Part shown: positions 49,400-61,600 of the stretch, piece after piece
Layout: every line of letters starts with the position of its first letter
Numbering within the stretch: the stretch's first letter is position 1
Assembly: GCA_964016885.1 (NCBI GenBank)
Contig: OZ024743.1
Span: 193,068,001 to 193,132,000, forward strand
DNA length: 64,000 bases
Reading direction: 5' to 3'
From: Eledone cirrhosa
Taxonomy: Eukaryota
Notes under the pieces: model-generated
The model's input: the letters and a program-made list of their open reading frames with translations, nothing else
Database searches by the model: none
Told to the model about the DNA's origin: nothing
Program-made: the position numbers and the translations under genes

Positions 49400-52300
49400 A
49401 AGAGAGGGATGGAGAGTGTCTGACAATAAATCTTTATATTTCAGTACTTACTCCAAAACCATCGTCACGTGTCCCTTCATACGTTTGGTTGACCACACTT
49501 GTCAAACCACCAACAATTCCTATTACCAGACTTTTGCAGCCAGCTTTCAGATGGTCAGAAGAATGACCAGTGGAATGTCCTGAAAGTATCTGGGTACGTT
49601 TCTTCAAATGCTTTTCATCCATGGCTGCCATAGTCAATCCATCAGATAAGGAGCTGGTCACCTATACATTTAGGGAAGATAAAATATTGAATTTAGTGAA
49701 TATAAAGATGAGAAAGACATAGTATTATTTGGTAGAGTTGATAGAATGTTGGACAAAATGCCAGCAGAATTTAGTTATGGATTTTTATGTTCTGAGTTCA
49801 AAACCTGCTGGGGTAAATTTTACCTTTTATCCTTCTGTGGTCGACAAAATAAAGGATCAGTCAAGTACTGGGGTCGATTTAATCAACATTCCCCTCTCCT
49901 CAAATTTACTAGCCTTGATCTAAATTAGAAGCAATTATCATTTTAGGCTTATTTTCCAGGCTTGCATGGGTTAGACAAGTTAAATATATAGAGGCTGAAC
50001 AGGCAGGTCAGATGGCTGTATTTTACACATACAGAAGAACAAATTAAACCTAAAATTTAACTGGTATTTATTTTATTGACATTCTAGGAAAATGAAAGGC
50101 AAAATTGACCTCAATAGGATTTGAGTTCAGAATATAAATGAACACTAGAAAATATTATGGAAGAGAAAGGCAAGGTATTGAAATGAAAGATAAAGGAGTT
50201 AAATAGAGAAATATCTCAGAGCTATTATAAGGAGTGAGTAGTAATGAGTATTGGAACAAAAGAAATAACCATTAAAATAGAACGAAAGAGAATATGGAAT
50301 GAAGAAAAGAACGTAAGAACAGAGAAGCAGGAATGAGAGTGCAATCATAATAACAGAGCAGGGCATTATTAGGAAAGGACTGGAGATCAAATAGCACAAC
50401 AGAGAAAATGTAAAATGTAACAAAAAGGCTTTACATAAAAAAAAAAACCCTTACTTTGGCAGTAGAGTTTGACACACCATGAGTGACATTTTTCAGCAGT
50501 CCACCAAAGTTGCCATCTTTGATAAGGCCTGAAATCCCTTCAGTGAAGTCGTTGAATAAACCAAGTGGATTTCCTAGGAAGTCTATAGAACCCAAAATCT
50601 TGGCAGCTTGACTTTTCAATTCCTGTAAGAAACGTTACAGATAGATATGACATTTTATAAGCAGCAGCATTAACATAACATGATTCATAATAAAGATGTA
50701 TATATGGTTATGTTTATGTATAATAAACATATATAAGTTTTGATATGAATGTTTATTATACAGAAACATATTGTATATGCCTTCATATACACCTTATTAT
50801 GACAATTTATATCAAACAACTCTTGTTTACTAAACATTAAATCAATAGTCATGTTTCCAACCAGTAATATAAACACTATCCCCTAAGAAACCAAACCAAA
50901 TAGAGAACATATAAGCATATGAGGGAGCCTATCTATGGTCAATCAAAATAGTAATCAAATCTACCTTAAATCATACCATACCATTTTAAAGAAGGACACA
51001 TGGATAATGTATATATTAACCCTTTAGCATTTACATTACTCTATATATACTATTGTATTTTTATGGTAAAGGTTTTACTTCACATAATTATCTCACATAT
51101 ATCGAATCTATGAGATTTCGATGTTATTTATTTTAAGAACAATACCTTAACCTCAGTATGAGCAGCCGGTTATGTTCGGTTTGAACAGAAAGAGGTGAGA
51201 TAATTCTGGGCGGATATGGCTGGTTTAAATGCTAAAGGATTAAGCCAGGAAGAAAAAAAAGGGTATGATGTTAATAACAAGAACCCTTATTCAACAATAA
51301 TCTCGATAAAAAAAAAAGTACCAGTCCAGTACTGAAGTTGATTCTTCCTCTATATCTCTTTCTCACTTCCTCTCAAGGATAGTCTCTACAAGGATGGGAT
51401 AGTCTCCACAAGGTTTAAAATATCCTTATGACACCCCTTCAACTCCATTAGGAGTTTCAGGTCCATACATACAATAGTCCTTGAAATAATAAAAAAAAAA
51501 AACATAATAAAAAGATAAAAACAAAACTATTTCTTACATCAGTGTAATGAGATTTTATCTCGTTAATTAGAAATGTGCTTGTCTCAAAGACATGTTGTCG
51601 AATATAGGCATCTGAAATTGAAGGAAAAGAGATTTTTTTATAATAACAGAAAGCCAATTTAATAATAAAACAAAATAAACAAAAGACAAAATTTAAATTA
51701 CAATAAAGTACATCCCTGCTCACCATTAAACAATAAAGCTAGACATTTAAAGATAGTTGCTTCTGATAGGACCCCATGGAGTCTTTGCTCCCATGACCCT
51801 TTCAGAAATAAGTGGAAGAAGTTGTAGTAGTAGTGTGGGGGTAGGAGTGGGGAGAAGAAAAAAATGTATAAATACTGACCCAAATCAACAGTTGCATCTT
51901 CAAAACTTATCCAGCGAAGGGACAGTTTATTTTTAATTGCTTTTAATTCTGGTGGTAAAGTAGGTGCAGTGAGCATGCTCAGTGAGATACGGTGAGTGTT
52001 CAGCCGAAGAATACCAAAGAAGTAACGCTTGTTGTGAGGTGGACTAGCAGCAGCTTGAAGTACAGGCCTGCAACAGAAATCTGAGATAGTTAGCCGAAGC
52101 TACCATTGAAAGTGGGAGCAAGAAGGAGGTATAAGCAACTGAAGACACAGGACTGAAAACGGAAACTTTGATCATGCAAATGATTTGATCCTTGCTGATG
52201 ACACAATAATTATCTTTATTAGTTTGTTTCAGTATGTATAAAATAGAACTGAATAATACAAAAAAAAAATAAGGCTTCTTTTGAAGCAAGAAATCTCTCT

Positions 52301-55300
52301 CTCTCTCTCTATATATATATGTATGTAAAAGGTAAACAGAAATAACAACACAATCGGTACAGTACATGGAAGGAATATATTAGGTTAGCGCTTGAAATAA
52401 CAGGAAGGGGGTCTTAACGTTTCCGGACGCTAGTCCTTCATCAGAAGAAAGAATGAGAAATTCGAAAGATTGAAGGGACAGGCAGGGCAGAATCGGAAAA
52501 AATGTTGCCATCATACACACACACACATACAAATATATATAATCATCATCATTCTATATTTGCTTTTCCCTGCTTGCAAGGGTATATATAATATATATGT
52601 GTCTGTGTGTGTATATATATATATATATATAAAATATATTTTGGGGTTAAGCTGGAATCCGACTTCAGATCAGCAAATGAAGTTCTGGCAGACCATCTGC
52701 CGACTTCGTAATAAGGAGTCCTCTTCCACACCTGCTATCAAGAACGCGTCTGGGGTTCTGCTTTCTTCAGAGAGGTGCATCCTTGTGAAGTGGAGAGAAT
52801 ATTTTGCTGATCTTCTAAAACTGATCACAACAGCATCTTCTGATGAACACAAGGTGCATCTGGGAGCAGTGACTAATCTCTTGGTGTGATCTCCTTGTTA
52901 AGCTTCCCCAGTAACATCTATGCTAAGTGTCTGGTAAAGAGATGTAAGGAGACTGTCGAGTCCAAGCTAGCTGATGAACAGTGTGGTTTTTGCCCTGGAC
53001 ACAGCACAGCTGACCAAATATTCACACAGCAACAGGTCTTTCAGAAATCATAAGAATATTGCCAAGAGGTATATTCTTGTTTTGTAGGCCTTGAAAAGGC
53101 ATATGACTGCAGCAGAAGGTTCTGCAGGAGTATGGGATCAATATCTCTATACAAATAAAAATAATTGTGATGATGATGATGATGATATTTAAATCATGTA
53201 CACTGTATCTTCATCACATACACACACTAAAATAAAAAATCATTATTACATTGCTTTCTATAGTTTAGAGCACCCAAACTGATCAAAAATGATATTTGGA
53301 AAGTTTTAATTAAACATACACCACAAACAAACTTGTCAACCAATCTTCACTGTGCATGAGATAGTTAGTCTCACATGTGTTCCACATGGATGAGAGATAT
53401 TTTCACAAGAGGAAGACCAGTTTTTATGATGCAGTCTTGTTACTTTGAAAATATCAAGAAAGATCCCCAATGATGGTGAAGCCAAGCTTCTGTAGTTGTA
53501 TGTTGTTCATGTTTAGTGTGGTGGAGATGTTGATTATGATGTTAGTAATCACCAAAAGTTATTATTAGGTGAAGAAGTACCAGATGTTCCAAGTGGAAGG
53601 GAACTATGAAAGAGGAAAACCAAGGAAGACTTGGGTAGACATGGCGAAAGCTGATCTCAAGATCCTGAACTCCACAAAAGAGATGATAAAAGAAAGAGAC
53701 AAATGGAGAGACAAGTGGAGAAACCCTGTACTGCAAGCATGGAAAAGCAGATGTAAAATGGTGCTGATGATGATGATGACTTTGAAGAGTCATCCTTTAG
53801 AAATCAGCAAGCTTGAAGCAATTCATGTGTGTGCCAGATGACAAAGGACTGTGATTTGTCTAACTCATGCCAATATTGAAAAACAGACATGATGATGACT
53901 GTCAAGGTTAGATATTCATACCTACTCTCGGGTCTTGAATAATCGTCCCACCACTGTTTATTAACTTTTCAGATTTTTTCCAATTCCCCGCACTTACCCC
54001 CGCTCCCCCAATCTATTTCTGGCGAAGCAAGTTAATAAAACAGATTCAAAGCAATAATTTTCTTAATATATTAAAAAACATTATCATGACAAAAAAGAAC
54101 ATTACAAGAAATCCCATATGTTATAAAATAAATAGGATAAGTTGGGGTAAACTAACTGGCTATGTATGTAAACTAACTGGCTAATTCTGGTTTCTAAAAA
54201 AATCAAGGGAAACAACCTAGAAAAATTACCGGTTTTCCAACCGCTCACTGCTTATTCTCCACTTTTGGACCCGAGAGCAAGTTATTTCAAATATAATTTA
54301 TTTTTAAAACAAATCAATAAAGATTATGTTTAGTATTTGAACAAATTATGTCCATAAAATATTGATATCATGCAACATACATTAACCCTTCAGGATTCAT
54401 TGATGCAGTTAGCAAAATAGCAGGTGTTATAGAAAACACAGGTATAAAGGTTTGGTATGGAAAGAACATATGACAAAAAACAAAAAACAACTTAAGTTCT
54501 AGAATTTACTGAAACCAAATAATTTCAATTAATGCATGCATCATTATTTAAAAGCCAATCTCAAAATAGACATCAACATGAAATCCCTCTACCGTTAAAA
54601 GAAACTATCTAAATCACTCCATTTTTGAGAGAACCAAAATGGTTTCCATATTGGTTAAAAAAATAGCTCTCGACTTTTATTTAATCGATTTTCTTTTTAC
54701 CTTTCTTCATCACAGAATATGAATTTGAAAACAGAGAAGCAAGTTGATAAAACTGATTCAAAGCTAGAATGAAAATATAAAATTTATAAGAAGAATTTAA
54801 CAATATCAATAGATGTTAATGTAAATTTGTTTACAAGATGTTATTGGACTTTGGAACAGGAATAAATAGGCTCAATAGTAAAAACAATTGGGGCCATTAC
54901 CTTATAGAGTATAGTTGATTACATCAAGCTCACTACTTATTTTTTCGACTTCAGAAGGATGAAAGGCCAAGTGAACAATGACAGGATTTGTATTCAGATT
55001 GTAGTTGTTGTCATTCTCATTGTTTTCTGTCTGTGTTCTGTGCTGAACAATTTGTCACGCTCTGAGATTAGACAGGCTAGATGTTCTAGTTTGGCATGAT
55101 TTCTACAGCTGGGTGCCCTTCTTGATGCCAAACACTATAACTAAATACCTCAATGCCTTTTGTCCAGAATTCTACTGATTTCCATTAATATTTGAGTAAC
55201 ATAGTATAGTTAAGTAACTTTTACATGTCCCACATGTGGCTTTCCCAGCTCATTAAAAGCCTCATCAAACCTAAGAATACTATTTCCTTGCTAGCATACG

Positions 55301-58300
55301 TTGGATGGGTTGTCACAGACAACGCCAGTACTGAAGTTAAGCTACTGACCACTCAAACAGGTATAGGAATATAGATGTATAAAAAGAAGAGTGTTAAATA
55401 TCATCAACAAAGTCAAAAGAACATTAACAAAGTAAGGAGTGGAAGGCAAGAAATATATTTCCATTCAAAGATAGATGCACATTGTTTCACTTCAAAATAT
55501 GAATTAAAGACTTTCTTCATCACACAGATACATTTAAAGTTTACCATAGAGTTATGAAAAATTAATATTGGTATTAGAAAGTTATCATAGAAGAGACTTT
55601 GTAGAATTCCCTATCTGATAACAGAAAGTACCAGAATTGTTACTAACATCAACAAACTGACAATGATTCAACTTTTGGTGTCAGTTTGTATTTCACCAAA
55701 AAGAAATATATTATCATCATCATTTTACATTCATGTTTCCATACTTATATTGGTTAAACAGGTCCTTTCCAGCACAGCCTCCCTCCACTTGTTCTTTCAT
55801 TATGCCTATGAGATTCAGCATTTTGAGATCAACTCTAACCCTCTCTGCTCAGGTTTATCACAGTCTTCATTCTACTTCATCACCTAGTGTTCAACATCTA
55901 TACATGTCACATGTCCATACCTGTACAGTCTTCTCTCTTGCACACTACACCTGATTTCTCTTATACCCAGTTTTTCTCTCAGCTCATCCACACCATGTTA
56001 TCTATGCACATGAACATTACACATACCACAGATCATGCTTGCTTCATTTCTCTTCTACCTCCATAAATCCTCTGTATTTACCACCCGAGTCTCAATGTCA
56101 TGCAACATCACTTTTCAGGCAGGCACCAGACAATCTACCATTTGCTCATAGAGAAAATCCAACTTGTCAACAGTGGTAGTTGCTCCATGAACATTTTCCA
56201 GCCTGTTATTCTAGCTACTGTGATTTTAGAACAACCTCTTCCACTTCTAGGTCCCCTAAGTAACAGAAACTATCAACAATTTCAATGGTACTTTCCTGAG
56301 AATGCTTATTAATAGAGTGGTAGATGCCAGAATTCATAGAGAGATGGACAAAACGCCTTTAGTTGCATTCATTGCAAGTTCAAATCTCACCAAGGCAAGA
56401 TTTTTCCTGCCATTCTTCTGGGGTTGATAAAATAAGTACTAGATAAATACAACTGTTTTCTCTCCCCAAACTTTGTGTCTTTCTGTTAATATTACAAATC
56501 CTTGGATTGATAGAATTATCAGAGTTGGATAAAATGCCTTGCTGTATTTATTCTGGCTGTCTACATTCTGAGTTCAAATCCTGGTGAGGTCAACTTTGCC
56601 ATTCATCCTTCTAAGGCTGATAAAATAAAGTATCAGTTAAGTACTGGGCTTGATTTAATCAACAACCACACACCCAATTTCTGGCTTTATGCCACCTGTA
56701 TTAGAAACAATTATCAGGGTGATATATTGCAAAATCGGTAGAATGTCTTGAAGTATTTGATTATATCCCATGTTTTGAGTTCAAATCCCACTAAAGTTGA
56801 CTGTTTTACCTTTCCAAGGTCGACAAAGGACCACTGAAGTACTAGAGTTGATCAGCTATATCCTTCCTCAAAATTTGTTGTCTTGTACTTACCTAAGTTT
56901 GAAAACATTATTATTATTATGGCTAGGATGGTTGATTGGCAGAATTGTTAGAACCTCATACAAAATATCTTGCAGCACACGTTTGACTCTTTATGTTCTG
57001 AGTTCAAATCCCACCAAGGTTAAGTAAGCCTTTCATCCTTTTAGTGTCAATAAAGTATCAGTCAAATACTGGAGTCAATTTAGTTGATTAACACAACCTT
57101 GCAAATTTCTGGCCTTGTGCCTATATGAAAAATTATTATTATTACTACTCTTGCTGTCAGTTTGTTTTATTGATAAATTGTATTACGGGATTTGAATATT
57201 TTTTAGTGATTTCTGATAACATGGTGGAGGGGGGTAGGCAGGTTTTCTTGAAAATATATGTTATAATCTATTGAGTTTGATATGCCAAAAACAACTAATT
57301 AACCCTTTTGTTAACTAATTACCTGAAACTGCCCCTGATTCTATGCTATAAAGTGGTGATAATTATCTAAAATTCTTTTGTCACAATTTTATGCTAGAAT
57401 CTTTGTTAAGTTATACTCCAAACACCAGTTTAATAATGATGAAGTTTTTTATTTTACTAAATCCTTCAAATTCTCGACTATTTTCAAAATGATTTGAAAA
57501 TGATTTGAAAATCATAGGCAATGTCTTTCATTAGAAACATGGTATAAAAAGGGTTAATAAAAACAAAAATTAATTTAAAAAGAAAAAAGTAACAGCAATG
57601 AAATGGATACAACAGAGAATGAGATGATACAATTGATGACAATGAAAAACATATTCCTAGCACTTAACAAATAAAACTGTAGGTGAAAGTATTGTTGTTT
57701 CAGCTCACATTTGTATAGGTTTAGCTGTCCTCTTAAGGGGTTGCATCTCATAGAAGTTTTCTGGGGTTGTTTTTAATAAGATCTCTAACATATCACCACC
57801 TTTCTAGTGACAAGAGGTGGGATTTGAACTCAAAATGCTAACATTTTTCCATCCTCTTTTCCCTGTTAGCACTTCACCATTTATAGTGTTTCTTTATCAT
57901 CTACTTTGTGAGGTTCTGTGCCGATGTCTCCCTTAGTCTTATTCTTCCACAGCCATTGTCCCCTTTGATCTCCTAGAACTTATTTACCCAACTGCCACTG
58001 TCAATATATCCATACCAGTGCAGGCTTCTCTTCTGCACACTACATTGGATTCCTTTCATACTCAGTTTTTCTTTAAATTTATCTGTGTCTTGTTGTTTAT
58101 GCACACTAACATTACACCCAACAGAGGTTGCTATTTTATTTCTTTCCAGTTTCTGTTCACCCTTTGCATTCAATGCCAGTGTCTTGCTACCATGCAAGAC
58201 TGCACTTCTTATACAACATCACCCTGGACTGTTACTTTATTTATCAATTCTAAAAAGATGAACAGCAGAGTTGATCTCATCAGGATTTGAACTTGGAGCA

Positions 58301-58648
58301 CAGACAGCTGGAACAAATACTGCAATACATTCAGTCTGATAGTCTGTTGACTGCCAATTCCATACCATATGTTAATGTGTGCTTATATGAAAGGGATATC
58401 TTACCTCTGACTGCTGTATGCATTCTCCATCAGCTGTGTATCTTCATCTGGCTCATGGTAACCAGTAAACTGTAATAACTTTAGCAGTAACATCTCCTCT
58501 AAATGTAACTTCACCTTACGCACTGAAATGATTAAGTGCTGAAAAGAGAACACAAATATGTAAACAAACAAAAACAAAGTTTAAATTCAAACAAAAGAAA
58601 AACAAAGACTAGCAACCCATTCCTTTACATATAGTAATACATAGACAC

Positions 58649-58685
<37 letters not shown>

Positions 58686-61600
58686 GGTGGTCCTTTATAT
58701 ACAGTAATATAGACGTGTATATATACTATGGTGGTCATTTAAATAACAGATTAAAGTTTAAGCAAAGAATCGCTGCTTTCACCCTTAACGGGATCTTCTG
58801 AAACTCATATATATATATATAAAAAAATTTGGTCGTTTTGGAAGCCTCAACAATGCAGATGGGTAAATCTCTGAGTAACAGAAGCCGGTGGTGAAGAGAG
58901 AGATGTAAGAGGAAATGTAGAATGAGATGTATAGTGTGTAGAGGAACGTAGGAAAGAGCGTAAAATAAAAATAATAACACGAGATAGAGTTACCTTGGGA
59001 GAGATTTAATTGTCCCTATATTTCAGATTTCGCATCCATCAACTGGGGGGTTTTTCGAGGGGGAAAGTTATCTGTCGAAGAGGAACGGTATGTGGCCTCT
59101 GTTGTCTGTCGTTTGTGTGTAACTGAGATAATCTGTAGAGCGCGCGGAATAGGTGCAGTGAAGCAAAGGTGGAGGCAGCTCCTCTTTATTGTGGGAGTGG
59201 GATGGTGCTTCGCTGTCAATCCATTATACTACCTATATTCAGTCTTTGTTACTGGCAGTGTTGGGAGTCTGCCTGGTTGTCGCTTGTTGGTCGGTGGATG
59301 GTGGGGGCGCTATACACACAATAACTATCGTTCGAATGCCACTGTGTGTGTGTGTGTTGTTGTTGTTGTCTCGTTTGTTTACACCAGCCACCTCATCTCG
59401 CTTCTCTTGGATCAGTTATTTATTTGTGGTCCTAGGCGTTTGATCCAAAGTGCTTCCTTGATTCGTAACGTGCTGACGTTGCGTTCTGTCTCTAGCACTG
59501 TGACAATGGGCCTTCCGTCTTTGTTTCCGGAAAGACGAGACCCGGTGTAGATGTGCTCCTTGATCCGGATATGTAGCGGCTGGATTGTGCTACCGATATA
59601 GTAGTGGTTGCACTTGTCACATTCTACCCTGTATACAATGTATGTACGTAAGCAACAGTTCGTTTGGCGCATCGGACAGTTTCTGAGGGAACATGCGTCA
59701 GTTGATTTCCCAGGTTTCCTGGAGAGGCATCTCTGTAGGGTGGGGCCCGAGTGGGCCAGGCGGATGTCGAGGCCTTCTCTCCATATAGCCCTGCGGATAG
59801 CGTTGGTGGTTTTCTTGCCCAGGTGCGGGATTTTAAGGAAGCACTTGCCTTGGGTGTTTCTCTGCCTCTTGCGTCAGGTGTTACTTACTCTGTTTGTAAG
59901 CAAGGCTGGGTATCCGTTCATCTCCAGCACCCTGAGGAACCACTTGGTATGGGTGACACCACTCATGGAATCGCTATATCTGTTTTTAATTCGCGTGATC
60001 TTATTCGTGATGTACCTCTCTCTTTTAGCACTGTTAGGGAGGGCAGACTTGTAGTCGAGTGGGTGGGGTTGGAGTGGGTTGTTGCGGTAGTAAGTTGGGG
60101 AACTTGGGGTGGGTTGTGTGGGTGCTGTTATTTTCTGTGGCGCTGTTGATGGCGGTAACCCATTTAAGTTGGTAGGCGGCTCGGCAGAAGTTGGCTTCGA
60201 TGTCGAGTTTGAGTCTGTCGTCGAGCCGCTGTGAGATGATGAACTTGGGTCCGAGGCATAGGAGTTCCAGCTCATCGTTTGTGAGGGTGCCGGTTAAGTC
60301 GGTGACCAGGTGCGTCGCATCGTTGAGGTGTGGCTCGGTGTTGGTGGATGTAGCGGCGGCTGTTATGTTGCTGTTTATCACGTGGTTCTGGTCTGTCTGT
60401 TTGTTAGTGTCGGTGTTCTCGTTGTGGAATTTAAGCAAGATCCACTCATATTTCCGTTTGAGCCGGTTTTTTTTTTGTTGGACTCTGGAGTGGTAGCACT
60501 GGTCGATTGCTTTTGTGATATATATACTATGGCAGAATCGCTAGAGAGTTGGACAAACTGCCTTGCTGTATTTGTTCCAGATCTTTTAAAACTTTCACAA
60601 TGACCTGTCCACTAGCAAAGATATTATAAACGTTTGAATTAACAAACTCATTTTTAGATAATTTCTGTTAAATCATTGCAGACTGTTAGGAGTTAATCTG
60701 TTAGGCAAAGTGATATTCCAAAGCCAGGAGCACAACCCAATGTTTGCAACAGTGTTTGAATTTATGAGCATGTGGGTCATAAGTAAGTACATCCTGTTAA
60801 TCACCTCATGACAATTATGTTTCTCATTAAAAATGTTTTTTTTTTTATAAATTCAATGTAATATGTTTAAAATGATAACTCATACCATATTTAGTTTAAC
60901 TTTTTTGATACTAAACTACCTGAAACTGCCCCTGGATCTGTGATATAAAAGTGTTCATATTCATCTAAACACCTTGCATCCGAAATTCTGGCTCTTCTGC
61001 TTTCAAATCCAACTTATGTGATAGACTTAATCTGTCACCAAGTTTAACACCACTAACTGGTTCTTGGTAACTTTAGCAGGGTCCATACTGATGCAAGTAT
61101 TCAGATTAAGTTTTATACTTGAGGTACCTTCCTTTAACCAGTCTTTGAAGCCCTGAAAATGATCATCGGCATTACACTTCTCTCCCTGACTAAACAGTCT
61201 CACTCTCTCTCTCTCTCTATATATATATATACACACACATACATATCATTATCATCACCATTTAATGTCCATATATATATATAAAATAAAGGGGCACATA
61301 AGGGATAGGTATTGGCTAGCATTGTCTGTGATAAACAAACTATGTCAGAAAAGATGGGATTGCTATGGATAAAATGTGTTTGATTATAGATCTACAAGTT
61401 CAGAGCTGATCTGAGGCTAAACACCAACAGAACCCACAATTACTACTACCATAGTAACAGTGATCTATTATAATAATCGTAAAAAACAATCATTATACAA
61501 ACAAAGTAATGCACAAACCTTGAATATCTCCACATTCCACTGCGACGGATTTTTATGGACAACCATGTGTAGTGCAGGAGTATTTTCTGGGACATCATGT

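Noticed and set aside
59412-59876. In-frame TGA codons (59874-59876, 59412-59414) in the Penelope-like ORF as selenocysteine, as reported for some Naiad elements
   Set aside because: Neither falls at a Cys-motif position; both sit where Arg (CGA>TGA decay) fits, and no convincing SECIS was seen.
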